NCBI RefSeq assembly: GCF_006345805.1
Contig: NC_042997.1
Coordinates: 75,020,001-75,084,000, forward strand
DNA from: Octopus sinensis
Taxonomy: Eukaryota
DNA: 64,000 nt
Direction of reading: 5' to 3'
How positions within the stretch are numbered: position 1 is the first letter of the stretch; the number at the start of each line of letters is the position of its first letter. The notes beneath the pieces were generated by a model, which was given only the letters and a program-made list of their open reading frames with translations, searched no databases and had not been told where the DNA came from. Below are positions 25,550 through 38,763 of the stretch, one piece after another. The translations under genes were made by a program, and so were the position numbers.

Positions 25550-27880
25550 GCAATTACTCTTTAGTGCCATTGTGATGATGGTGTATGTGGTTGGTGAGTG
25601 TTGCAGATTTACTATGATTATTGTATCTAAAAGAATAGAGATGAGTGGCATACCATTGCTTATGGTTGATCCTATGTATATGGCTGTAGAGTTGTGTAAT
25701 AGATTAAGGACCGTGCATTTGTAAATTACATAATATCTTCTGATGGCAATTACAATTAGGTGAATTTTGGGGACTGTGTTCAGTAATAGAGGAGGTAGTA
25801 TCGTCAGAGGAGAGGTTATAGAAGGGGGGGTGAAAATTTCTATATTATTATTATTATCATTATTATTATTAACGTTATCATTACTATCATTGCTATTACT
25901 ACTATTGTTATTATTAATTCTACTATTTGTAGGGGTGTTAGAGATTGTGGTGGTGTTCCAGGTAGTGTCGGTAGGATGGGTTGGGTTGTGTTTGTGGTCT
26001 AATGTAGGGGTATCTGTACTGTAGCTGTGTGTGTGTTGAGTGTTCGTATTACTAGAGTTTTGGTTATGTGAGTTTTGATAGTAAAGAGAAAGCTTTTGCT
26101 TATTCGAGGCTGCTACAATAGATTTGAAGTTAGGTGAGTTAGAATAAGATAGTTTCAGGGTGGATCGATTAAAGATAGAATGATATTTATGTTGTCGAGG
26201 GAAGTTAGAGTCTAGTATTCTAAAGAAGGATTTAGCTAAGTTCTTAACGTTAAGTGAGAATGGTGGTGTGTACCACAGAATAGAGTGACCGCCACTTTTT
26301 TTAGGTGTTCTAGGAGTAGAGCTATCTAAGTTGTTAGATAAATGAGTGCTATCTATATTTTGGGGAAAGGTGTGTGGGAGGCGAGGCCTGTTATTGTTAG
26401 TTGTTTTATTTGTTTTCATTTTTGACCTAGTGTTAAATGAATGTGTGGGGTCTAGGTTGCCTGGGTGCGAGACCTTCCATGGTTCCATCGACTAATGTGT
26501 GTGGCTGGTTGTGATTGTGATGGTTGTTGCATGTTTGAGATGTGATTTGGGATATGTATTGTTTGAGCCTGGTGTTATGGATGTATTCTATTTGTTGGAA
26601 GAAGCCGCTAGTGGCAAGTGCTTGATTACAATATGGTGCGTGATTATTGAAAATTTCTTTAGTGGAAGAGAGGTCGGATATGCGGGTTGAGATGCCCTTG
26701 ATTATGTTATTGAAAGTGGATTTGTGGTGATTGGAGTGGATGTTAAGGTATTGGTTAGGTTTGTGGTAAGGGGAGTATTGGGATGTTGATAAGTTTAAGG
26801 TTGCATCAAGAAAGTTAGCAGTTTTGTGAGCGTTTTGGAATGTGATAGATAAGTTTAGGTTAGAGAAGAATTTATGTAGATCCTTTCTAGTTCTTTCTAA
26901 GGAGGATTTATTTATGCTTTTGGTAACTAATAAAGCGTCGTCCCTGTATAGGCCTCCCTTGATATTAGGGAAGTGCTTGTGGAGCTGATGTAGTATATAA
27001 AGTCCAAGTAAGTCAGTGACCTGATCTGAATCAGAGGATCCCATGGTTATGTTGAATAGGCTGCTATGGTTGTTGCTATGGTTATTGACCCGGCACCATA
27101 GTTTGCTTTCAAAAGAAATAAGGGTTTTGCGGGCATTAAGTATAATGTTCATTTCTAGTGGGGTTAGGTTAGTAAAGTTCCTAGTTAGAAGAAGAGCTTG
27201 ATTAAGGAGTTTAGGAGAATTAGAAGAGCAGTAATTATTTATGTTGAATTGTAAGAAGGAATATGAGTTTTTGAATTTTAGAAGATGGAACCATGTAATA
27301 ACTTCACCAGTGTGGGACCAAAGGTAAACGTTTAATTTATCCTTGACGATAGGTACTATTTTGTCTAAAATGTTTTTGCTTACCCTTCCTAGGTTGGATT
27401 TGGTGGGGCATATTAGGTGTATTGAAGGTTTGGTAATAGAGTCCTTCTTGTGATCTTTAAGATTAAAGTGTGGAAATGCAGGGCAGTATGGGTCAGTTCG
27501 GTCCTCCACTTGTGATTTCCTCATAAGTTTGCAGTGGTTGTTGTTGATTTCATTTAGGGCAGATGTTGGTGCCAGCTTGTATGATTTGTTGAGTTCTTTC
27601 TTTATGAATATGTTGTATTTCTCAATGCTAATGGGGTACATATTTTCTGTTTTGTCCGAGAAGACATGTAATTTTGGGGATGCAATGATCCATTTTATGG
27701 TGTTTGAGAGCTTTTTTTGAAAGGGGGATTTGTATTTAGAGAATTTAATGTTTCTAATCAAATTAATCATATCCGCTTCAAATTTTTTGAGATGGGGGTT
27801 GTGTGGAGGGTTCTTATATGATTTGAGGTTGTAGTCATTGTTCTTATTGTCAGTTCTATAACCTTATAAATCTACATTCT
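25550..27880 (-). mobile_element. Penelope-like element with RT and C-terminal GIY-YIG, 5'-truncated, frameshifted (probably Hydra-clade type)
   Basis: KDHK...LICPTKSNLG, ITMGSSDS...GLYRDDALL, ILWYTPPFS...IFNRSTLKLSYS, CNC motif, VIYKCTV...IYIGST; long Asn/Thr/His-rich linkers. Confidence 0.85.
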
Positions 27881-28059
27881 AACTCCTAATCCCTAACTAG
27901 TTCCTCACATATACAACCATCTAATTACATTCGTATGTATGTGCATCCACCCATGTGTGCATGTATATGTATGAATGAGTGTATGCATATATGTATGTAT
28001 GTGGGTATGTGTAAATATATTTTGAATAATGCACATGGTTGTAAAGACTATGGTGCTTG

Positions 28060-30900
28060 GAATGTACGTTAAAGTGGAAAGGTGAACAACAATGGATTGC
28101 ATCTGCTACAAATGTGCTCTGAGCTAGGATTGATTGTTGGGAATACTTACTTTCATCATAAGATGAACCATAAAATTACCTCGATTCACTCAAGATCAAA
28201 GCAAGGTCACATGATTAACTTTGTATTAACTCAGAAAGCTGACTTACAAGATTTGTGCAGTCTCATAGTATTGCATGGTACTGATTGTGATACTGATCAC
28301 AAAATAGTTAGGATCCATTAGAAGATTTGTAGTGCAGGTGTACAAGTATCAAAGAAGACTGATGTAGAGCAGCTAAAACAACCACAAGTTTTGCAGTTGT
28401 TTCAGAAGAAATGCAGTAATGTTAATTTTGAAGGTTCATGGCAATCTTTCTGAGATGGAATATATAAAATGGGATCAGAGGTATTAGGTTTTAAGAAGAG
28501 GCAGCTCTGAGACTGGTTTGATCCCAATGATACAGTGATAAATGAGCTTTTAGCAACAAAGAGGTCCACTTATGAAAAGCTTCTCGACCCAAACATTAAG
28601 AACAAAGCACAACTGGAGAAGTTGTACAAATCTCAGAAAGCAGACTTTCAAAAAGAACTCAGAAGGCTTAAAGACACTTGGTGGAGAAATTTGTCTCAGG
28701 AAGTACAGGTAGCCTATGACAGGAAAGACATTAAAATTTTCTATATTTTATTGCAGCAAGCTTTTAAACTGCAACAGTCATCATCATATATTCCCTTGAA
28801 GTTGAAAGATGGAAATGGGGTTATTAAAGATTCTCCTGGAATAATGAATAAATGGAGAGAACACTTTGCAGATCTTTTCCACAATCTGTCTGTAGTGAAC
28901 ATGGATATAATAAACAAAATTTCTCAAAGAAAGATAGTGCAACACATAAACAATACACCTTCCAATGAAGAAGTAAATCTGGCATTATGTAAACTGAAAT
29001 CAGGTAAAGCCCCTGGATTGGTTGGCATTCCAGTTGAAATTCTGAAAGCAAGTGGGGATCATATTTCATCTGAAATTCACAACCTGATAACTCAAGTTTG
29101 GAATGCTTTTTCTGTGACACAAAAATGGATAAATGGCATTCTGATCTCTGTATACAAGGATAAGGGCCCAAAAGCAGTGTGTGGTAATTCTAGAGAGATA
29201 ACTCTCCTGGCACATACTGGGAAGATACTTTCAAGGATCATGTTAGATCATCTTCTTGGGAATGTGTGTCCACATGTGATTCCTGCATAACAGTGTGGTT
29301 TCAGACCTGAGCGAGGAACAATGGACATGATATTTTCTGTGAGGCAGGTTCAAGAGAAATGCTGAGAGGAACAAATGCTACTATACCAGGTTTTCATAGA
29401 TTTAACTAAGGCATTTGACATGGTAAACAGGAAGGCACTGTGGATTGTTTTGTGAGCATCTTTAAGGAACTACACAGAAACATGAAAGCTCAGGTAGTCT
29501 TTAATGGTTAGTTATCTCATGAATTTTCGGTGGACAATGGTGTCAAACAGGGAGATATTCCTGTCCCTACACTTTTCTCTTTATTTTGCTACATTGCTTT
29601 GGTATGCTTTCGAGGATTGCAACAGAGGAATCAGAATCAGATTTCGGACATCTGGCTGCATTTTCAATTTGACCTGGTTTAACTGCAAAGCAAAGACTTT
29701 CAAAATACTTGTTAGAGAGTTACTTTATGCTGATACCTTGGCACACTCAGAGGGGGATATGCAACATTTAATGAGCAGATTTTCCACTGCATGTGTACAT
29801 TTCAGACTCACAATTAGTCTGGGGAAAACCAAAGTAATGTTTACTCCCGTGCCAGGACAAGCATATTCTGAACCAAACATTTTTGTGAATGGAACAAGGT
29901 TAGAAGTTGTTGATACCTTTGTTTACCTAGGAAGCACACTGTCAAGAGATGGTAGTCTTGATGCAGAGATATACTATCGAATAGGGAAACAAAGTGTTGC
30001 ATTTGGAAAGCTCGAAAAGTGAGTATGGGTGGATAAAGGTATTTCCCTGCAGACAAAAGTCAGTGTCTATAAAGCATGTGTATTGTCTGCACTTCTTCAT
30101 TCAAGTGAAAGATGGACCACTTACATGCATCATATAAAACTGCTGGAGAGATTTCATGAAAGTGCCTTAGATGTATCTTAGGAGTCAAGTGGGAATGTTT
30201 CATACCAGATACAGAAGTTTTGTGCTTGGTACGTCACAGCTCAATTGAGCAACATGTTATCTTAGTTCAAATGAGATGGAATGGACATGTTATTAGAATG
30301 AAAGACAAGCATTCGCCAAAGCATCTTTTTTATGGTGAACTCAACTCTGGTAAACAACCACAACATAAGACAAGGAAAAGGTATAAAGACTGTGTGAAGG
30401 AAAACCTGAAGAAACTAGATATGAACAAAAGTGATTGGGAAAATGATATTCTAGATCAGAACAATTGGAGAGGTATTGCTAGGACTGATTGCAATGCCTG
30501 GGAGGAAAAGATGATTCAGCACTCTGAACTTAAAAGGGCCTGTCGCAAAGGAACAATTGAAACTGTAATCAAAAGTGAACATTGGATATGTATTATATGT
30601 GTTATGAAGTCAAAAGCAGGATACATGAATCATATGAATGAAGTCACATAAAAATGCAGATAGGTAATGTTCTTGGACACCAACTGCCTCTTACAACTTG
30701 TGTCATATGTCAAAAAACTTAAGACAATATCTGTATTTGAAAGACATATGCTAATTCAAAAAAACATTCCTTCAGAATCAGATTCCAAAGGGCAAACATA
30801 TAGGAGAAACTTGAATATCTGTCACTTGTGTTTTAAAACCTGTCAGTTTTAAGTCGAGGTGCAGCATGTGTGTCGATAGGATGGTTATCATCTGTCAAGA
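28060..30900 (+). mobile_element. Degraded RTE (BovB-like) LINE: endonuclease end, RT, C-terminal Cys/His motifs
   Basis: CSELGLIVGNTYF...DCDTDH; QCGFRPERGTMDMIF, FIDLTKAFD, ELLYAD, FVYLGSTLS; WNGHVIRM...LFYGEL; many stops. Confidence 0.9.
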
Positions 30901-31140
30901 ACAAGCAATCATCAGATATACATACATATCTAAATATACATGCATATATATATAAATATATGTATGTATGTATGTATATATATACTTGCATCTATATATA
31001 TGTATATATATGCTTGCATATATATATATATAGATAGATATAAACTTATAAAAAGAATGCATGGCATTCAATCATATAATAATATAAATAATATATATAT
31101 GCATATGTATATGTACATACATCTATATGTATATACATAT

Positions 31141-31900
31141 GCATATGTGAGCACAGGACATCACAGAATGTAAACAACATAAAAAAACGAAAACGTGATA
31201 CAAAATACTAATACATGGAATATGAACAATTTTTTTGCAACAATGAAAGAAACAAATGGAAAACAAGACAAGTAACATAACAAACAACCCTTCATCAGTT
31301 GTTGGCTGTTTTTCTAATTCATATTTCAAGCAATTCACTTTCTTTTGCTGTTGCAAAAAAAAGTTCATATTCCATGTATTCGTATTTCGTATCTCATGTT
31401 TTCGTTTTTTTATGTTGTTTACATTCTGTAATGTCCTGTGCCCACATATGCATATGGATATATGTATAGCTGTAAGTATGTACATATACAAATGTACATA
31501 TGCATTCTTTTTATAAGTAAGTTTTATATCAAGAATTCTAATGTGATTCTATTCTATTCTATTCTTTTATTCTAATACTCTTTCCTTTTCTCCCCTTTTT
31601 TCTCTCTTCCTTTCTCTAATTCATTTTATCTCACCTTCTCCTCCTCTCAGTTATTTTCTCTTTGCAGGAGTAACTGTTTTATCGAAGGCATATCTTGTCA
31701 TTGAACTGCTCAAAATACGGATTAAAAACACAGCCAACAACTAACGAAGGGTCGCTATGTTACTTGCCTTGTTTTCCATTTGTTTCTTTCGTTGTTGCAA
31801 AAAAAAAAAAAGTTCATATTACATGTATTCGTATTTCATATCTCATGTTTTCGCTCTTTTATGTTGTTTACATTCCTTAATGTCCTGTGCCCACATATGC
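31141..31900. repeat. Complex inverted repeat of a ~200-bp unit
   Basis: 31141-31335 is inverted at 31695-31900 and partly at 31340-31450. Confidence 0.8.
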
Positions 31901-32612
31901 ATATGTATATATAGATGTAAGTATGTACATATACATACGTATATATGCATATATATATCTACATGGATATATAACAGATAAGTATGTGTATGTGTAAATA
32001 GATTCGCCAGACCTTACTTTTACGTTACCCTTAAGTTATTAAGCTCTTTACTTTGTAAATTTTTAATTTTTATCATTCGTATCATTTGTAAATTATCTTT
32101 TTGCATTTTGTCATTTGTACTTGTGCATGTCCACTTTTTTATTTGAATATATTTATTTGTCATTGCTTTCATTATATCACAAGTATATATCTTATTCTTA
32201 TCCCTATATATTATTAATTTTATATGAATGTTTACACACATAAGTTACGTGAGAATTTAGTTTTTGTAAATTCTTTTTTATTTCTTATATTTTAATTTTT
32301 TTTATTTCTTATTTTTTAATTTTTTTTATTTGAATTAAATTATGGCTTGCACAGTAAGGTCCAGTGAATCTATTTACACATACACATATTTATATGTTAA
32401 AATTAAAATATAGTATTTGGTATCAAACTATGATAAAGTTATTTAAAGGCCTGATGATTGGGGTTACATTTTAAGAAAGGTTCCTGTAAAACACTGCGTG
32501 CTTAAGGAACCATAAAAGAACCTCAAGAAACACGTGTAGCTGAGAAATAAGTAGTAAGTATTAAATCAAAATTCTTTTATATGGTGTGATGAAGGGGACT
32601 ACTATCTCTAAA

Positions 32613-32996
32613 TCTTTATATATAAAAGTGAGGTTGTGTGCTGTCTATCTCCTACGATTTAGATTCCTAACTACTCCCACATTTTGCGGTGCAGTTTAAC
32701 CAAAACCGGGTATCTTATAGTCGTGATTCATATCGAGCCATTCTGGGTATTAGCGCGCGTCTACGATGAGTCTACGATTTAAAAAAAAATTACCATCAAT
32801 TTTTTCCATTTTTAATGCATTTTTGGCATATATAAGGGAAGTAACTCTCTAAAAATTTATTATTAAATCTCAGAACGTAAAAAGCTACAGTAATATGGTT
32901 AGCCATATTGAGATGGCTATTATACTTTACATCTCTAAAAATGCTTATATAGTTATTTCCCTTACAAACCCGAGCAACGCCGGGCGATACTGCTAG
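32613..32996 (+). mobile_element. Non-autonomous Helitron (384 bp)
   Basis: A|TCTTTATATATAAAAG start; hairpin CCCGAGCAACGCCGGG at 32969-32984; CTAG|T end. Confidence 0.85.
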
Positions 32997-33814
32997 TAAC
33001 ATATATATTTCCTCATTGAGAATAATTTGAACCCCTGTGATACCATAATTTTTATTCCCTAATAAATAAAATAAAATAATTTAATGTTAAGCATATATAT
33101 ATATATAGACACACATATGTGTGTATATATATAAATAAATATATATATATATATATTATATATATATATATAACTGGATATATATATATAGTTACTCCGA
33201 ACATGAACAAAGAGAAAACACAACAACGTGAGGACGTGGAACAAGTATAGTGTAATTGGATGCTCAGGAAAGGAAAGAATGGAGGATTAAATGTTTCGAG
33301 CGGAGCTCTTCGTAAGAAACATAGAAACACCCTCCCCTACACACCTCACCCATATCCCATACCCTCCCCCACATACCTCACCTCTAACCCCACCCTCTAC
33401 CTACCCACAACCCCCACTCTACCCCAACCCCCAGCCGAACCCACACCCCACCTGTGCTTTTCTCACTCTCGCCTCCCCCCACCTCCCCACAACATCACAC
33501 CACACTACACTACACCATACAACATTACACATCACATCACAACACACCACCCACACACCCATCCCCACATCTTTACACCTACACATACATACACACACAC
33601 GTCCAGACCACCAGCCCTCTTTCACACGCACATACATACTCTCTTATACACACACGCACCTTTGTGTTGGGGGCACCTTCGTATTGGAAGTCACTTGACT
33701 CTGTTATCCCCCCTACTGTCCCGCTCACGTCTGACCACTGTCCAAAGTCTGGACGCCATGATAGATCGTTAGCTCCTACACGCATTGTTTTCTCTCCTTG
33801 TTTTTTTCTGTGTA

Positions 33815-33852
33815 TCTTTCTGTCGAAGAGTGTAGGCTCGAAACGTAAAAGA
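33815..33852 (+). ncRNA. Hammerhead-like motif, A6U plus extra-A variant, in a pLTR-like repeat (about 33690-33950)
   Basis: TCTTT-CTGTCGA-A-GAGT gtag GCTC-GAAA-CG-TA-AAAGA. Confidence 0.45.
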
Positions 33853-33948
33853 CTTTTTCTATTTCTATTCCTGAGCGCTATACTAATACATTTGTTTGAT
33901 TGTACTCCATCTGCCTTCGTCTTTTGTTTATTTTCGTAAACCTTCCCG

Positions 33949-33986
<38 letters not shown>

Positions 33987-34066
33987 TGAGACGTAACACA
34001 TGACTTGATATATATGGGAAAAAAGTCAAGGTAGAAAATGCTAAAATAATCTTATAAAAAACATTT

Positions 34067-34102
34067 CAGTACCGGTTTCAGTCATTGAGACTTTTTCAAC
34101 TG
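34067..34102 (-). ncRNA. Minimal hammerhead motif, U3-A8 variant
   Basis: CAG-TTGAAAA-AGTC tcaat GACT-GAAA-CCGG-TA-CTG. Confidence 0.55.
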
Positions 34103-34249
34103 TAAGTATGGAAAACAAATTTTGGAAAAATTAAAAGAATAGTTTTTTAAAGAATATTTGCATTGTGATGAAATACAAGTGGCATTTTTCTTGTTTCTGC
34201 CTCTCCTCTTTGCTCTCATGGGTTCGAGTTTGTTGTGAATTCTTGGTAG

Positions 34250-34306
34250 GGAAGAAGAAGAAGAAGAAGAAGAAGAAGAAGAAGAAGAAGAAGAAGAAGA
34301 AGAAGA
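34250..34306. repeat. (AAG)n microsatellite
   Basis: Direct reading. Confidence 0.95.
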
Positions 34307-35384
34307 ATGCCAGAGTGCCATGATAGTAGTATGTGAAATGGTCATGTGCTCTGAAAGTGACCCATTTCGGATGGTAGTAGTGATTGAATTCCTGAAACAT
34401 CTCGTCTGAATTTGCATAGGTGTTATTCTGAACAGCAATAGTGGTAAAGTTTGGAAGAAGGTGGTGGAGAGGAAGAAGACAAAGAAGAAAGTGAAGGGAG
34501 AATAAGAAGGAATGTATGTAGTATGATAGTAGTAAGGTGTTAAATGGGCAAGTGATATAAAAGTGACTCATCACGGATTATAGCAGTCCAAAGAATTCAT
34601 TTTAAAACAGTCCCAATTAGAAGTGAATGTATGATGGGAAGTTCTATTTTTGTTTAATTTATTTTATTTATATATTAACTTTGATAAATAATAAATTTCT
34701 AAATTGGTAAATAGGTAAAGTAAATTACACAACATATAATTTTAAAATATTTAAAATATCTTGAAATAAATAACAGTCAGTAAAAATTAGTTGGCTTCGC
34801 CTTATTTATTATTATAAATAATAGAAAATACTTTTTAAGAACTTTTATATGTTAATAAGAATTATCTCCCCCAAAAAGTAGCTTTCAATGTTGGATTATA
34901 CAATTGCTGGTAGCCATGGAGAGAAAATTACCATACAGATAACTTAACATTTCTTTTTCCTACTTTTATTCCACATTTCTGTTCGTTATTTACTAAAGTA
35001 AAATTATTCCAACAACTTCTAGTTATATTATTTTAGTTTCATGTCTTCATATAGGATGTTAATAGCAAAATAAGTTCATATATACTAGACCTGAAGACTA
35101 GCAATATAATCATTTTAATATGGTACTGTATTTAGAGACATTCTATTTCAGCAATATTGAGGAATATGTTGTTATGAGATGCGTGTAGCAAAGTATGTGA
35201 TTTGAAATCAGAATTGAAGGTATTAATTTTGATAATCTGGAATAAGAATTGTAGGTATTAATTTTGATAATTTTAATATTTGCTCCTATATGTACATATT
35301 GCGGATACTGTCATTCAATGATGATTGAGTTGCTTAAGGGTGATTCTGTCTCTTAAACCAATATATATATATCTATATCTATCT

Positions 35385-35440
<56 letters not shown>

Positions 35441-35457
35441 CTATCTATCTTCTATAT

Positions 35458-35503
<46 letters not shown>

Positions 35504-35584
35504 GGTCCCGGGTGAGTCGGGGTTAACCACAGTAAATAAGGTACTCAATACATAGCAGAGTAAATTGATTTATTATATAGAAGG

Positions 35585-35635
35585 AGCTTCTACAGGACTA
35601 GAACTGTTTCATTCAAAAGAAATCATCAGGAAGCT
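35585..35635 (-). ncRNA. Type I hammerhead ribozyme motif with canonical core, in a probable PLE 3' end (about 35500-35830)
   Basis: AGCTTC-CTGATGA-TTTC tttt GAAT-GAAA-CAG ttctagtc CTG-TA-GAAGCT; stem II closing pair is a U-U mismatch. Confidence 0.65.
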
Positions 35636-35869
35636 AGTAGACAAGAGTTGTTTTGGCATTTATACATTTAGGCAGGTTTAAATGGGTGGTGGTGGGGGAC
35701 TTTTTTGGGGGTAGGCATGGCGCAAAACTGTCATTATTAGGGGAGTGGTCAAAGGAATCGGTGGTAAAGTAGATAAAAGAATAAATAAAATAAAATAAAA
35801 TAAAATAAAAGAATTAAAAAATAAATAGAAAAATAGAGTTTTAGGTAATTAAGGAGACTCTCACTTGTA

Positions 35870-35883
35870 CATATCCACACATA

Positions 35884-35915
<32 letters not shown>

Positions 35916-36022
35916 CATACACATATATATATACACCCACATATTCACATATATCTGTACATATACATACATACCCACACATACATACATATATATATAC
36001 ACATACATACACATACATATAC

Positions 36023-36059
<37 letters not shown>

Positions 36060-36608
36060 TATATCTACATATACATAGACATACCCTTGAACGTACACAC
36101 ATATACACATATACATACGTATACATACACATATGTATACTCACTCGCACCTATACAGATGCATATACATGCCCACACATACACACATTTTTATTCTCTT
36201 ATTTTTATTCTTACCATTACTACATTTGTTTATATCTTTATTTTTATTTTTATCTTGACCGAGGTCAGCCGGTCTCAAGGGATGAGCTTAAGATTCCGTT
36301 TATCTATCTACTTACTTATTCGAACGCAAGCACTCACTCACGCCCACACACTCAGACGTACACACATACACATACGCACACGCATACATCTACATACATT
36401 CACGTATATTCACATACACGCATACACATACATACCTCAAAACACCCACATAAGACTAGTCCATACATATACACTAATTAATATATATACACATATACAT
36501 ATACACATACATACACAAACATACATATACATACACATATACATATATATATACATACATATACATGTACATATACATACACATATACATTCATACATAT
36601 ATACACAT

Positions 36609-36639
<31 letters not shown>

Positions 36640-36642
36640 CAT

Positions 36643-36687
<45 letters not shown>

Positions 36688-36985
36688 TATATATATACAT
36701 ACACATACATATGCGTACACATACACACACATACACACGCGCATCTATATATACACATAAGTACATACATGCATACTCAAGTAATAGCAATAATAATAAT
36801 AATAATAATAATAAATATATATATATACATGCAGTTACCCATTATACATACGGATACATACATATAAACATACCCATATATACCTATTTACACATATGTA
36901 TATATACATACATACACACATAACTCTACATACCTACATATACATAAACACACAAGCGTACATATATATATATATATATATACAT

Positions 36986-37033
<48 letters not shown>

Positions 37034-37180
37034 CACATACACATACACATATACACACATACACATATACACACACATACATACACACACATATATACAT
37101 ACATTTACACACACATTTTTTTACACGCATATCTATACACATACTCATACACACACATATATATATACATATATATATAC

Positions 37181-37211
<31 letters not shown>

Positions 37212-37562
37212 CATATGTGTGCATATATACATATACACACATACACATACACACAAGCACATACATGCATAAATGTATACATACACATACACACACTCAC
37301 GCGCCTCCTTATATACATAAATAGATACATGCATACAAACGCATACTCATGTAATAAATAATGAATAAGGAATAATAGATATATATACACATGCAGTTAC
37401 CCTTTGTACAGACGGAAACATACATATAAGCATACGCGTATATACCTATCTACACATATGTATATATACATACATGCACATACACACAACACTACATACT
37501 TACATATACATAAACACACGAGCGTACACATATATATACATATATATATACATATACATATA

Positions 37563-37601
<39 letters not shown>

Positions 37602-38142
37602 CGGGCCTTTATTAGACAGATTTATAACAATGCATAATGTATGTCTGTGGCCTTCTTCAGCCGCGCACAACAGCTTCCACATGGACATGTGTTACATCAC
37701 ACACACATACATACACATACCTGCACACATATATACACACATATACATACATATACATACATACATACACATACACACACATAAACATACATACACATAT
37801 ACATGCGCACATACATATACACACACATATATATATATATACATTTATAAAAATATGGTAAAGTAAAAGAATTCACTTTACCACACACCGAACTTTTCAG
37901 AAATAGCAGCCAAAAATTTGGCTATTTCTTCAACTGCAAATAAAATTTATTAACAATTAATTAATTCGACCCCCTTTTTTGATAACAATATATATATATA
38001 TACACACATATATATATATATATATATGTATACATATATATATATATATACATCTATATGTATATTATATATATTACACACATACACATACACATACACA
38101 TACACATATACACATACACACATATATAACATGTGTATATAC

Positions 38143-38202
<60 letters not shown>

Positions 38203-38609
38203 TATACACACGAGCACATACATGCATAAATGTATACATATGTCTATACAAATGCATACACATACACACACTCACGCGCCTCCTTATATACATAAAAACA
38301 TACATGCATACAAACGCATACTCATGTAATAAATAATGAATAATAAATAATAGATATATGTACACATGCGGTTACCCTTTGTACAGACGGAAACATACAT
38401 ATAAGCATACACGCATATACCTATCTACACATATGTATATATACACATGTGTATATATACATACATACATGCACATACACATATATATACATATATACAC
38501 ATACACACACATACATACACACATATATATATACACATATATACATACATATACATACATACATACACATACATACACATACATACACATACATACACAT
38601 ACATATACA

Positions 38610-38664
<55 letters not shown>

Positions 38665-38701
38665 TATAAGTATATATATATCTATATATATATATATTAA
38701 T

Positions 38702-38748
<47 letters not shown>

Positions 38749-38760
38749 ATATATATGTAC
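35870..38760. repeat. Complex (TA)/(CA)/(TACA) microsatellite field with an embedded higher-order repeat
   Basis: A ~180-bp non-simple unit recurs at about 36720, 37275 and 38255. Confidence 0.85.
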
Positions 38761-38763
38761 ACA

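Larger units (their letters stand above)
20690..25550 (-). mobile_element. Degraded CR1-like LINE (CCCH-finger ORF1, endonuclease, linker) split by the Merlin insertion
   Basis: SICRFYLQGNC near 25113; QILLLNIRGL, CLAFVEMHL, VLQPTKVNNILDLCFT; removing Merlin and one TSD restores KIPGEKKILMRQQTK, homologous to [15 protein letters not shown] at about 2050. Confidence 0.8.

Noticed and set aside
25550-27880. Naiad-type selenoprotein PLE
   Set aside because: Naiads have an N-terminal endonuclease; here the GIY-YIG is C-terminal, and the interruptions are frameshifts, not conserved in-frame TGA.
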